Origin: an uncultured Alphaproteobacteria bacterium
GTDB lineage: Bacteria > Pseudomonadota > Alphaproteobacteria > Rhizobiales > Xanthobacteraceae
Length of the DNA: 64,000 nucleotides
Assembly: GCA_963779545.1 (NCBI GenBank)
Contig: CAVZYQ010000017.1
Coordinates: 54,172 to 118,171, forward strand
Reading direction: 5' to 3'
The stretch's first letter is position 1, and the number at the start of each line of letters is the position of its first letter. Made by a program: the position numbers and the translations under genes. This document shows, in pieces, positions 30,307-40,381 of the stretch. A model generated the notes under the pieces. That model ran no database searches. It was not told the DNA's origin and was given only the letters and a program-made list of their open reading frames with translations.

Positions 30307-31830
30307 TTACTGCAGCGTCAGGGCCACGAAGCGCACGTCGCCCTCGGTGTTAGCCACTAGCAGAAGAGCGGTCTTCTTGCCGTCCTTCTTGAGCTGGTCG
30401 ATGCGCTTCTGCACGTCGGCGGGGTTTGTGACCTCCTCGTCCGTCACCTTGACGATGACGTCGCCGGCATTGAGCCGCTTCTCGGAAGCCGCCGAGTTGG
30501 CGTCAACACCGGTGATCACCACACCCTTCACGGCATCCTTGATCTTATACTTCTTGCGCAGGTCCTCGGTCAGGCCCGCGAGGTTGAGGCCGAGCGCCTT
30601 TTGAACGACCGACTTGTCTTCGGGCGGCGCATCGGTCTTCACCGACGCCTGCTGCGGCGTGTCCTCGAGCCGGCCGAGCCGCACGGTCTTGGTCTCTTCC
30701 TTGCCCTTGCGGATCACCAGCACCGGCACGTCCTTGCCGATCGGCGTATCGCCGACGATCTTCGGCAGGTCGCGCATCTCCTTGATGTCCTTGCCGTCGA
30801 ACTTGACGATCACGTCGCCCGGCTCGATCCCGGCGGGCTTCGCCGGGCCCTTGTCGTCGACACCCGCGACGAGTGCCCCGCGCACCGGCTTGATGCCGAG
30901 GCTTTCGGCGATGTCGTCGGTCACCTGCTGGATGCGCACGCCGAGCCAGCCGCGCCGCACTTCCTTGAACTCGCGCAGCTGGTCGATCACCGCCATCGCG
31001 GTGTTGGCCGGCACCGCAAAGCCGATGCCGATCGAACCGCCGGAAGGTGAGATGATCGCGGTGTTTACGCCGACGACTTCGCCGTTAAGATTGAACAGCG
31101 GGCCGCCCGAGTTGCCGCGGTTAATCGCGGCGTCGGTCTGGATGTAATTGTCGTACGGCCCGGAATTGATGTCGCGGTTGCGCGCTGAAACGATACCCGC
31201 CGTCACCGACCCGCCGAGGCTGAACGGATTGCCGATCGCGATCACCCATTCGCCGAGCCGCAGCTTCTCGGAGTTGCCGAACTTCACCGCCTTCAGCGGC
31301 TTGTCCGGCTTCACGCGCAGCACCGCGAGATCGGTCTTGGGATCCTTGCCGATCAGCTCGGCCTTGAGCTTGGAGCCATCGTTGAACACGACGTTGATTT
31401 CGTCGGCGTCCGCAATGACGTGATTGTTGGTGACGACGATGCCCTCGGCATCGATCACAAAGCCGGAGCCGAGCGAATTGACCCGGCGCGGGCTGGGTGT
31501 GCCGCCCTTGTTTTCACCCTGTCCGCGGCGGTTCTTGAAGAACTCCTCGAAGAATTCCTCGAACGGCGAGCCGGGCGGAATGTTCGGGCGCGCTTCGGGG
31601 CCCGGTCCTGTTCCCGGGTTCTGCTCGCGGCGCGCGGAAGGTCCTCCGGAGTTGACCGTCTGCGAGGTCGAGATATTGACCACCGCATCGATCACCGCTT
31701 CGGCGACGTCAGCGATGTTGTCTGGCCCGCGGGCGTGACCCTGCGAGGCAAGCGGGAGCGCGAGCGCCGCCGCCGCGACAAGCCCGAGGGCGGAGCGGCG
31801 AACGTTGAGGAGTGCGGAAGTGCCGGCCAT
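30307..31830 (-). CDS. degP: Do/DegP/HtrA family periplasmic serine endoprotease (trypsin domain + 2 PDZ)
   Basis: 507 aa from MAGTSALLNVRRSALGLVAAAALA. Motifs TNNHVI, DLAVL and GNSGGPL form the catalytic triad. Confidence 0.9.
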   Translation of the reverse strand: MAGTSALLNVRRSALGLVAAAALALPLASQGHARGPDNIADVAEAVIDAVVNISTSQTVNSGGPSARREQNPGTGPGPEARPNIPPGSPFEEFFEEFFKNRRGQGENKGGTPSPRRVNSLGSGFVIDAEGIVVTNNHVIADADEINVVFNDGSKLKAELIGKDPKTDLAVLRVKPDKPLKAVKFGNSEKLRLGEWVIAIGNPFSLGGSVTAGIVSARNRDINSGPYDNYIQTDAAINRGNSGGPLFNLNGEVVGVNTAIISPSGGSIGIGFAVPANTAMAVIDQLREFKEVRRGWLGVRIQQVTDDIAESLGIKPVRGALVAGVDDKGPAKPAGIEPGDVIVKFDGKDIKEMRDLPKIVGDTPIGKDVPVLVIRKGKEETKTVRLGRLEDTPQQASVKTDAPPEDKSVVQKALGLNLAGLTEDLRKKYKIKDAVKGVVITGVDANSAASEKRLNAGDVIVKVTDEEVTNPADVQKRIDQLKKDGKKTALLLVANTEGDVRFVALTLQ

Positions 31831-31955
31831 GGGCGTCGGTGCTCCAGAGTGAATGAGATTCGCGCGACAGTGCCCCCGCGCCGGGTTCCGCGCAAGGGTT
31901 GTCGGAGCCGCACTAGCCGTTGGAAATGGGGCGGAAACGGGGCTCGGAGCCGCCC

Positions 31956-33119
31956 CTACACGGTCCGGTCCGGCGCGACCTGTCGCGCCGCCGGCGGCGC
32001 CATCACGATCCATTCGCGCCAGATCGTGAGCAGTGCCGCCATGATCACGGGCCCAACGAAAAGGCCAAGCAGTCCAAAACTTGCGAGACCGCCGAATATC
32101 CCGACGAAGGCCAGCAGGAACGGCAGCTTGGCCGCGCCTCCGACCAGCGCAGGCCACACAAAATGATCCCCGGCCAGCATCACCACCGCACCCCACCCGA
32201 ACACCGCGAAGGCAACCCACACCGGACCGCCGCTCACGCCGAGCGTTATTGCGGCGGCCGTGAACGCGGCCCACGCGCCGAAGGGAAGCATCGCGAACGC
32301 GATGGTCAGGATGGTGAAGACGATCGCGTTAGGCACGCCTGCGAGAACATAACCGGCACCGATCAATAGCCCCTCGGCGACCGCGACGACGATCGTGCCA
32401 TTCACGGTTCCTCGAATCGCCTCGACCATCTTGCCGGCAAGCCCCTCGCCGGGATCGCCGAAGATGCGATCGGTCGTGAGCAACACGCGCTGCGCCAGCT
32501 CTCTTCCGTTGCGCAACAGGACGAACAGCGTGAGCAGCGCAACAACGAACATAAAGGCCCGGTGCAGCAACTGCCCGCCGAGCGTCGTCATCACCGCCGA
32601 TGCCTTGTCGGCATTCAGGCTTTGCAGCCACGCAGCGGCCGCGCGCGGATCGGTGAGATTGCTCTGCCACCATTCGCGCACCGCATCCGCCGCCATCGGT
32701 GAACGCGCAATCCATTCCGGCACCGGGATGCCGTTGTCGCGTGCCTGCGTGATCCAGGTGATGAGCGCTTCGTTGTGCTGGGCGAGCTGATAGGCCGCGA
32801 GCCCCAATGGCAGAAAGACCGTCAGCCCGACGATCACGGTGATCAGAAACGCGCTGAGGCTCGAAGCGCCGCCGGTGAAAATCGCGGAGACCCGCAGATG
32901 AAGCGGCCAGACCGTGATCGCCAGGATCGTCGCCCAGATCAGCGCTGGGAGGAAATCCATCGCGATCCAGAGCGCGGCACCGAGCAGCACGATCGAAAGC
33001 CCGACACGTGCCGTCAGCCTTGCTCCGGGATGAAGCGGCAAAGGTTGATGATTATCGGCTTCCGTCCCGCTCTTGGCCGCGCGCGCGGACACGCGGCGCT
33101 GCTTTGTGTCCGTAGCCAT
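31956..33119 (-). CDS. AI-2E family transporter (PerM/UPF0118)
   Basis: Intact 387-aa polytopic membrane protein. Confidence 0.75.
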   Translation of the reverse strand: MATDTKQRRVSARAAKSGTEADNHQPLPLHPGARLTARVGLSIVLLGAALWIAMDFLPALIWATILAITVWPLHLRVSAIFTGGASSLSAFLITVIVGLTVFLPLGLAAYQLAQHNEALITWITQARDNGIPVPEWIARSPMAADAVREWWQSNLTDPRAAAAWLQSLNADKASAVMTTLGGQLLHRAFMFVVALLTLFVLLRNGRELAQRVLLTTDRIFGDPGEGLAGKMVEAIRGTVNGTIVVAVAEGLLIGAGYVLAGVPNAIVFTILTIAFAMLPFGAWAAFTAAAITLGVSGGPVWVAFAVFGWGAVVMLAGDHFVWPALVGGAAKLPFLLAFVGIFGGLASFGLLGLFVGPVIMAALLTIWREWIVMAPPAARQVAPDRTV

Positions 33120-33228
33120 GAGCGCCTGTCCCGTGAGCGGTTCGCGTCGATGGGCGAAAAGCAGCCTTCGCCAATGCCTTCAAGGGAAGCAACCCTGAAC
33201 CCGACACGAAAGTTCCGGCGGGACGAGG

Positions 33229-33414
33229 CTATCCGCGCACGAACCATACGAGGATGACGCCCAGCACCGCCGAACCGACCCCGACCAGACGCAGCGGGCC
33301 GTCTGCCGTCTCCAGCACATGCGCCATGGCGTTCTTCGCGGCCGAAGGGCTGACCGCGAAGATCAGCCCCTCAATGACGAACACGAGACCAATCGCGACG
33401 ATGAAATCCGACAT
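33229..33414 (-). CDS. DUF2065 small membrane protein
   Basis: 61 aa, MSDFIVAIGLVFVIEGLIFAVSP..., in the usual position downstream of hflC. Confidence 0.7.
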   Translation of the reverse strand: MSDFIVAIGLVFVIEGLIFAVSPSAAKNAMAHVLETADGPLRLVGVGSAVLGVILVWFVRG

Positions 33415-33435
33415 ACCCCGCCATTGCGCCGCGGA

Positions 33436-34374
33436 TCACACCGCGGCGCAAGCCCTTATTGACGCGGCGCGGCCGGCGCGGATCGTCGCTCCGCTGTCAC
33501 GCATCTTGCCGGAAGGGTCGGCGAAATAGCGGAAGAAGTCGGAGTTGGGCCGCAGCACCATGCGGGTATCGCGATGCCCCAGTCCGGCCTCATACGCCTG
33601 CATCGAGCGGTGGAAGGCGAAGAAATCCGGGTCCTTGTTGTAGGCGTCCGCGAAGATGCGGTTGCGTTCCGCCTCGCCCTCGCCGCGGATCGTGTCGCCG
33701 CGGGCCTGCGCGTCGGCGAGGAGAACCGTCACGTCGCGGTCGGCACGGGCCTGGATCTCCTGCTTGCGCTGCGAGCCGTTGGCGCGGAACTCGGCCGCTT
33801 CGCGCTGACGCTCGGTCTGCATGCGCTGGTAGACCGCCTGGCTGTTCTGCTCCGGCAAGTCGGCGCGGCGGATACGCACGTCCACCACGGTGATGCCGAA
33901 GTTCGCCGCCTCGCGGTCGAGTTGTTCGCGCACGCGGGCCATCAGGCCGGCGCGCTCGTCCTTCACGACATGCGTCAGCGTCGACTCGCCGAGCACGCGG
34001 CGCAGCGCGGCGTTCAGCAAGGTCGAAAGCCGAGAATTCGCACCTTCGATCGAACCGACCGATTGATAGAACAACAGCGCGTCCTTGATCTTGTAGCGCG
34101 CGAAGGCATCGACCACGAGCCGCTTCTGGTCCGAGGCGATCACTTCCTGCGCGGCGTTTTCGAGGTCGAGGATGCGCTTGTCGACATAGATGACGCTGTC
34201 GATCAGCGGATACTTCCAGTTCAGGCCTGGCTCGGTGATGACCTTGACGGGCTGACCGAGCCGGACAACGAGTGCGAGCCGGGTCTGATAGACCGTGAAC
34301 AGCGACGAGTAGCCGACGATCGCCGCGATGACGGCGAGAACGATCAGCACGCCGCCTGCAATACCGAACCTCAT
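33436..34374 (-). CDS. hflC: Protease modulator HflC
   Basis: Intact 312-aa SPFH/band-7 protein. Its start overlaps the hflK stop. Confidence 0.9.
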   Translation of the reverse strand: MRFGIAGGVLIVLAVIAAIVGYSSLFTVYQTRLALVVRLGQPVKVITEPGLNWKYPLIDSVIYVDKRILDLENAAQEVIASDQKRLVVDAFARYKIKDALLFYQSVGSIEGANSRLSTLLNAALRRVLGESTLTHVVKDERAGLMARVREQLDREAANFGITVVDVRIRRADLPEQNSQAVYQRMQTERQREAAEFRANGSQRKQEIQARADRDVTVLLADAQARGDTIRGEGEAERNRIFADAYNKDPDFFAFHRSMQAYEAGLGHRDTRMVLRPNSDFFRYFADPSGKMRDSGATIRAGRAASIRACAAV

Positions 34375-35519
34375 CGCGTGCCTCCCGTCGTACTGGTTTC
34401 CGGCAGGCGCCGGAGCATTTCATTGAGCGGCAAGATGGGCACGACGTTGCCGCCGCTGTTGCCGCCCCCCTGGTTGGAATCGAGCAGGATCTTGTCGGTG
34501 CCGCCGAACACGCGCTCCATCGTCTCGAGATAGATGCGCTGGCGGGTGACCTGCGGCGCCTTCCTGTACTGCTCGTAGACCTGACTGAAGCGCGCCGCCT
34601 GGCCCTTGGCTTCGGCGACGGTCTGCTCGCGAAAGGCTTCGGCCGACTGCTGAATCTGCGCCGCCTTGCCGCGTGCCTCGGGAACGACGCGATTCGCGTA
34701 GGTCTGCGCCTCGTTCTGCGCGCGCTCGAGGTCGGCGCGCGCCGCCTGCACGTCGCGGAAGGCGTCGATCACCTGCGCGGGCGGATCGACCTTCTGCATC
34801 TGCACCTGGGTCACCTGGATGCCGGCCTGATAGGTGTCGAGCACCTTCTGCATCAGGTCATGCACGGCGGTTTCGGTCGCCTGCCGCGCGCCCGTCAGGA
34901 TGGCCTGGATTTCCGACCGGCCAACCACCTCGCGCATCGCGCTTTCGGCGACCGCCTTCACGGTGCCTTCCGGGTTCTGGATGTTGAACAGGTAGTCGCC
35001 GGCGCCGCCGGTCTTGACCAGCCAGAACACCGACACGTCGACGTCGACGATATTCTCGTCGCCGGTGAGCATCAGGCTCTCTTCCGGGATGTCGCGCATC
35101 TGCGTACCGCCGCGGCGCGGGTCTTCGATCAGCCGCATGCCGATATCGATGCGATTGACGCGCGTGACCTTCGGGGTGAGCACCGTCTCGACCGGATATG
35201 GCAGGTGATAGTTCAGGCCCGGCTTGGCGTCGCGGGTGTATTTGCCGAAGCGCAGCACCACGCCCAATTCGTCAGGCTCGACCCGGAAGAAGCCCGAGAA
35301 GCCCCACACGACGATGCCAGCCAGCAGGATCAGCGCGATGCCGCGGCCGCCGAGGCTGCCGCCCGGCAGGACGCTTTTCAGCTTGTCCTGGCTGCGGCGC
35401 AGCAATTCTTCCAGATCGGGCGGTGTCGGACCGCTCGATTGCGGACCCGAACCCCAGGGCCCCTTGGAGCCGCCGCCCCCGCCGCCCCAGGGGCCGCCGC
35501 CTTGATTACTCCATGGCAT
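34371..35519 (-). CDS. hflK: FtsH protease modulator HflK
   Basis: Intact 382 aa with a Gly-rich N-terminus MPWSNQGGGPWGGGGGGSKGPWG and an SPFH domain. Confidence 0.9.
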   Translation of the reverse strand: MPWSNQGGGPWGGGGGGSKGPWGSGPQSSGPTPPDLEELLRRSQDKLKSVLPGGSLGGRGIALILLAGIVVWGFSGFFRVEPDELGVVLRFGKYTRDAKPGLNYHLPYPVETVLTPKVTRVNRIDIGMRLIEDPRRGGTQMRDIPEESLMLTGDENIVDVDVSVFWLVKTGGAGDYLFNIQNPEGTVKAVAESAMREVVGRSEIQAILTGARQATETAVHDLMQKVLDTYQAGIQVTQVQMQKVDPPAQVIDAFRDVQAARADLERAQNEAQTYANRVVPEARGKAAQIQQSAEAFREQTVAEAKGQAARFSQVYEQYRKAPQVTRQRIYLETMERVFGGTDKILLDSNQGGGNSGGNVVPILPLNEMLRRLPETSTTGGTR

Positions 35520-35635
35520 TGAAATCTCTCCTGCCCGACTCCCAGCTTCGGGCGTGTCTTCGCGGGGGTTATATGGGACACCCCTGTGGCTTTCAACGCG
35601 GCGGCGCGCTGCGGCTTGGGGTCGCGGAGTCTGAG

Positions 35636-36164
35636 TTAACGTTTAGGGTCTAGCGCGTTTGCCTTGAGATAGCTCACGAAATCGTACCCCGCATCATCCC
35701 CCTCGCCCGCCGGATGGGACGTGCGAGCCGCCTCGCGCCACACGGCGGGATCGATTTCCGGAAAGCGCGTGTCGCCTTCCGGGCTCAAATGGATCTGCGT
35801 GATCTCCAGCCGCTGCGCGAACGGCATCGCCTGCACGTAAATCTCGGCGCCACCGATCACCATGATGTCGCTTATGCCGCGTCGCATCGCGTCGCCGCGT
35901 GCGGCGTCCAATGCGGCCTCGAGGTTCGGCGCGACCAGCGACGCCCGGCGCGGTGAAGTCCTTGTCGCGCGTCACCACGATGTTGGTGCGCCCCGGCAGC
36001 GGCTTGATCGAGGTCGACTGATACGTCTTGCGCCCCATCACCACCGGCTTGCCGAGGGTGAGTCCGCGGAAGTGGCGCATGTCGGATTTGATCCGCCACG
36101 GCATCGTGCCGCCCTGCCCGATGACGCCGTTGTCCGCCACGCCCGCGATGAGAACGATCTGCAT
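35636..36164 (-). pseudogene. folA: Dihydrofolate reductase, one frameshift
   Basis: MQIVLIAGVADNGVIGQGGTMPWRIKSDMRHFRGLTLGKPVVMGRKTY continues in ORF 35636..35911 (VIGGAEIYVQAMPFAQRLEITQI). Shift near 35935. The span is 529 nt. Confidence 0.85.
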
Positions 36165-36646
36165 CACGATCGCGCCGCCAGCCGCGTGAGCGCACTGCCG
36201 ACGACGCGCACGCCGGTCCATTCATCGAGCATCACGGCACCCAGCGATTTGTAGAAGTCGATCGAGGGCGTGTTCCAGTCGAGTACCGCCCACTGGAAGT
36301 GGCCCCACCCGTTCGCGACGCACTTCGCTGCGAGATGAACCATCAGTGCTTTGCCGATGCCCTTGCCGCGATGCTGCGGCCGCACGAACAGGTCTTCGAG
36401 ATAGAGGCCGTGCTTTCCGCTGAAGGTCGAGAAATTCAGGAACCAGAAGGCAAATCCAACCGGCTCGCCATCCCATTCGGCGACATCGCAGGACACGCGC
36501 GGCGTTTCACCGAACAGCGCCGCGTCGATCATCGTGTCGGTCGCGACGCACTCGTGCGTCAGCTTCTCGTATTCGGCGAGCTCGCGCACGAACTGGAGGA
36601 CGAGCGGCGCCTCGCCGCGGCGCGCGGAACGGATGGAGAGGCTCAT
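36164..36646 (-). CDS. GNAT family N-acetyltransferase
   Basis: Intact 160 aa. The motif A region is RPQHRGKGIGKAL. Confidence 0.8.
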   Translation of the reverse strand: MSLSIRSARRGEAPLVLQFVRELAEYEKLTHECVATDTMIDAALFGETPRVSCDVAEWDGEPVGFAFWFLNFSTFSGKHGLYLEDLFVRPQHRGKGIGKALMVHLAAKCVANGWGHFQWAVLDWNTPSIDFYKSLGAVMLDEWTGVRVVGSALTRLAARS

Positions 36647-36662
36647 CGTGCGTGCGGCCCGC

Positions 36663-37458
36663 TCACACCGACACCGCGGCCTTGATGTGCGGGTGCGGCT
36701 CGTAGCCTTCGAGCACGAAATCCTCGTAGCGGAAGCCGGTGAGGTCCTTCACGGCCGGGTTCAGCTTCATCACCGGCAGCGTCCTTGGCGCACGCGAAAG
36801 CTGCTCATGCGCCTGCTCGAGATGATTGAGATAAAGGTGCACGTCGCCGAACGAGTGAACGAACTCGCCGGGCTTCAGCCCCGTCACCTGCGCGACCATC
36901 AGGGTCAGCAGCGCATAGGACGCGATATTGAACGGCACGCCGAGGAACGTGTCGGCGGAGCGCTGATAGAGCTGGCAGGAGAGCCGCCCCTCCGCGACAT
37001 AGAACTGGAACAGGCAATGGCACGGCGGCAGCGCCATGCGGTCGACCTCGGCGGGATTCCACGCGGTGACGATCAGCCGCCGCGAAGTCCGGGTTCTTTT
37101 TGATCATCGCGACAACATTCGCGATCTGGTCGATCGTCTCGCCATCCTGCGCGGGCCATGAGCGCCACTGCGATCCGTACACCGGCCCGAGATCGCCGCG
37201 CTCGTCGGCCCACTCGTCCCAGATGCGCACGCCGTGATCGTTCAGGTATTTGATGTTGGTGTCGCCCGCGAGGAACCAGAGCAGCTCATGCACGATCGAC
37301 TTCAGGTGCAGCTTCTTGGTGGTGACGAGCGGAAAGCCCTCCGCGAGATCGAAGCGCATCTGGTGGCCGAACACCGACAGCGTGCCGGTGCCGGTGCGGT
37401 CGCGCTTCTCCACGCCTTCGCGCAGAATCCGTTCCATCAGGTCGAGGTATTGGCGCAT
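36663..37458 (-). pseudogene. thyA: Thymidylate synthase, one frameshift
   Basis: [31 protein letters not shown]... continues in ORF 36663..37037 ([13 protein letters not shown]...DVHLYLNH). Shift near 37085. The span is 796 nt. Confidence 0.9.
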
Positions 37459-37589
37459 CAGCGTGTTCCGACTCAGGCGTCACTTTAGCGCCGGGGGGCG
37501 GGACGGCGAAGCACGCACGCTCCCTACTTGTGGACGGCCAAAGGCCCGTGCAACCGTTCGGTCAGCGGCGGCACATGGGGGAAACGGGC

Positions 37590-38555
37590 ATGCTCACGCG
37601 CAGACATTTCCTTGGCGTGTCAGCGGCTTGCGCGCTGGCAACACCAGCCTTCGCTCAGGCATTTCCCGACAAGCCGATCCGCCTGATCGTCCCCTCTGCG
37701 CCCGGCGGCCCGACCGACATTCCGGCGCGGCTGCTCTCGCAAATCCTGCCCAAGCTCGGCCAGCCGGTGGTGGTGGAGAACCGCCCCGGCGCGGGCGGCG
37801 CGATCGGCGCGCGTGCGGTCGCGGCGTCCGCGCCCGACGGATACACGCTGCTGGTCGGCAACACGTCCGTGCTCGCCGTCATCCCGGCGGTGTCGGCCAG
37901 CGCGGGCTACGATCCCGCCAAGGCGTTCGCGCCGGTCGCGAAGATTTCCGAGAGCTACCAGATCCTCGTGGTGCACCCCTCCGCGCCATGGAAGAGCGTG
38001 GCGGAATTCGTCGCCGACGCGAAGGCCAATCCGGGCAAGTTCAACCTCGCGCACACCGGCGCGGGCGGCCTGCCGCATCTGACCGGCGCGCTGTTCACGG
38101 CGAGCACCGGCACCGATCTCGTCGGCGTGCCTTACAAGAGCGGCGGCGAAGCCGTCACCGCGCTGCTCGGCCAGCAGGTGCACTGCACCTTCGAGGCGAT
38201 CTCGATCCTGCTGCCGCTGATCCGCGAAGGCAAAGTGCGCGCGCTCGCCATCACCAGCCGCAACCGCACGCCGCTCGCGCCGGACTTGCCGACCATGATC
38301 GAGGCCGGCGTGCCGGATTATGAGGTGACGACCTTCTATGGCGTGGTCGCGCCCGCGGGGACGCCGGGCGATATCGTCGCGAAGCTGAACACGGCGATCA
38401 ACGAGGGTTTCGCGGCGGAGGAGATGCGGGCCGCAATCGGGAAACTCGGCTCCACGCTTGCGACCGGAAATGCCGCGGAGTTCGGTGCCTTCATGGCGGC
38501 GCAGGGCGCGAAGTGGAGCGCGGTGGCGAAGAAGGCGAACATCAAGGTGGAGTGA
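37590..38555 (+). CDS. tctC: Tripartite tricarboxylate transporter substrate-binding protein (Bug/TctC family)
   Basis: Tat-like signal MLTRRHFLGVSAACALATPAFAQ. The body is Bug-family-like. Confidence 0.8.
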   Translation: MLTRRHFLGVSAACALATPAFAQAFPDKPIRLIVPSAPGGPTDIPARLLSQILPKLGQPVVVENRPGAGGAIGARAVAASAPDGYTLLVGNTSVLAVIPAVSASAGYDPAKAFAPVAKISESYQILVVHPSAPWKSVAEFVADAKANPGKFNLAHTGAGGLPHLTGALFTASTGTDLVGVPYKSGGEAVTALLGQQVHCTFEAISILLPLIREGKVRALAITSRNRTPLAPDLPTMIEAGVPDYEVTTFYGVVAPAGTPGDIVAKLNTAINEGFAAEEMRAAIGKLGSTLATGNAAEFGAFMAAQGAKWSAVAKKANIKVE

Positions 38556-38558
38556 AGA

Positions 38559-39024
38559 TCACTTCTCCAGCACCTTCGGCCAGTTCTTGTTCGCGCTGGT
38601 GATGTGCCCCGGGATGTCCTTCTCCCAGTCGCTCTGCACCTTCGCGTCGTAGTTCAGGAACAGCTTGCCGTCGACGATCTTCCAGTGATTGGGATCGCCT
38701 TTCGCGGTGTAGCCCTGCGACACCGCCCAGGCGCAATAGCCGCCATATTGCGGCGCGTATTTCTCCGGGCTCGCCTTGAACAGCGTCGCGGTTCTTCTCC
38801 GAGGCAAAGCGCCAGGTCACGCCTTTCCATTGATGCGTGATGGCGCTCTTGCCTTCGACCGGCTTGCCTTCGGTGAAATACGCGACCGGATCGTATCCGC
38901 CGACGGCGGATGAATTGAGCCAGCCGGTGTAGATCTCGGCGGCGACTTCGCCGATGCGGCCGAGCGGGCCGCGCAACGAGCGGCGGCGACGAGCACGCGG
39001 CGTGTCAGCTTGACCGGGACGCAT
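38559..39024 (-). pseudogene. YHS-domain protein, frame interrupted
   Basis: GGYDPVAYFTEGKPVEGK...WRFASEKNRD in one frame continues as LFKASPEKYAPQYGGYCAWAVSQGY... (ORF 38559..38807). The N-terminal signal region is also unclear. Confidence 0.65.
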
Positions 39025-39187
39025 GGATTCTCCCCGGAATGCGATTGCGCGCAGCATCGCGGCGCATGCGCGGCCGCGTCCAATCACGCCGGTTCAAGAT
39101 CGCGTCAGTGCGCGTGAACACACATCAGAAGCAAAACGGCCCGCCAACCGGCGGGCCGCGTCGCATTTCTCTCAGAGCATCGCGGAA

Positions 39188-40168
39188 CTAATTCACCTCC
39201 GCGCCCGCCTCCTTGATCACCTTGCCCCACTTGTCGACTTCGCTCTTCACCAGCGTGGAGAGCGCGGCCGGGCCGCGGCGCGGGCCGTCGGGGATGTCGC
39301 TGCCGAGTTCGAGCAGCCGCTTGCGCACGCCCTCGTCGTCGAGCGCCTTGGCGAGCGCGTCGGTGAGCTTGTCGACCGCCGCCTTCGGCGTGCCCTTCGG
39401 GGCGAACAGCGCGTTCCACGCCGAGGCCTCGAAAGCCGGCAGGCCCGCTTCCTTGGTGGTCGGCACGTCGGGGAGCGACGGATTGCGGTCCGGCGTCGCG
39501 ATCGCATAGGCCTTGATGGTGCCGCCCTTGATCTGCGGCACCGCGTTGACGATCTGGTCGCACATATAGTCGACCTGTCCGCCGACCAGCGCGTTCATCG
39601 ACGGGCCCGTGCCGTTGAACGGCACCGACACCGGCTTCACCGCCATGATTGAGTTCAGCAGCAAACAGGTGGTGAACGACACCGAGCCAACGCCCGCGTG
39701 CGCACCGTTGACCTTCGCCTCGTTCGCCTTCACGTAGGCGACGAATTCCTTCAGGTCCTTTGCGGGAAAATCCTTCTTCGCAAGGATCAGGATCGGCGTG
39801 CCGGCGATCAGGCCGACCGGCTCGAAATCGGTGCGCGGGTCATACTGCAGCTTGGGATAGAGCGCGACCGAGGCCGCGTGGGTGCCCATGTGGCCGGTGA
39901 TGATGGTGTAGCCGTCCGGCGCGGCGCGCTTGGCGCGGGTCGAGGCGGTGGTGCCGCCGGCGCCGACCACGTTCTCGATCACGAGTTGCTGGCCGAGTGT
40001 GCGCGACATGTGTTCGCCGACGATACGCGAGATGACGTCGGTCGGACCGCCGGCCGCGAACGGCACGATCAGCGTGATGTTCTTGGTCGGGTAGTCCTGC
40101 GCGGCGGCAGGCAGCGCGGCGAGCATCAGCGCGGCGAGCGCGCCGCTCAATCGGGGCATCAACCTCAT
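39188..40168 (-). CDS. tctC: Tripartite tricarboxylate transporter substrate-binding protein (Bug/TctC family)
   Basis: Starts MRLMPRLSGALAALMLAALPAAAQ after AGGAGA. 326 aa. Confidence 0.85.
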   Translation of the reverse strand: MRLMPRLSGALAALMLAALPAAAQDYPTKNITLIVPFAAGGPTDVISRIVGEHMSRTLGQQLVIENVVGAGGTTASTRAKRAAPDGYTIITGHMGTHAASVALYPKLQYDPRTDFEPVGLIAGTPILILAKKDFPAKDLKEFVAYVKANEAKVNGAHAGVGSVSFTTCLLLNSIMAVKPVSVPFNGTGPSMNALVGGQVDYMCDQIVNAVPQIKGGTIKAYAIATPDRNPSLPDVPTTKEAGLPAFEASAWNALFAPKGTPKAAVDKLTDALAKALDDEGVRKRLLELGSDIPDGPRRGPAALSTLVKSEVDKWGKVIKEAGAEVN

Positions 40169-40381
40169 GGCGTTTCTCCTTGATTTTATTGCGCGACGAG
40201 CCTCGATGGGAGCTAACACCGCGGCCGACCGGGCATATGCAGGACAGATCGTCGCGGTGGTTTTAACGCGCTGAGCCGGGCACGCAAGCGTGTCCGGCTA
40301 CCGCCGCGGATCCTAGAGAGTTCCAGCAGGCTGAACGCCGGGTTTGCTGAAAACCACCGGCCGTCAGCGTCGCTCAAGCGA

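Noticed and set aside
30307-32274. 655-aa ORF suggesting an N-terminally extended DegP
   Set aside because: The extension is Arg/Gly-rich nonsense. A normal signal peptide follows ATG 31830.
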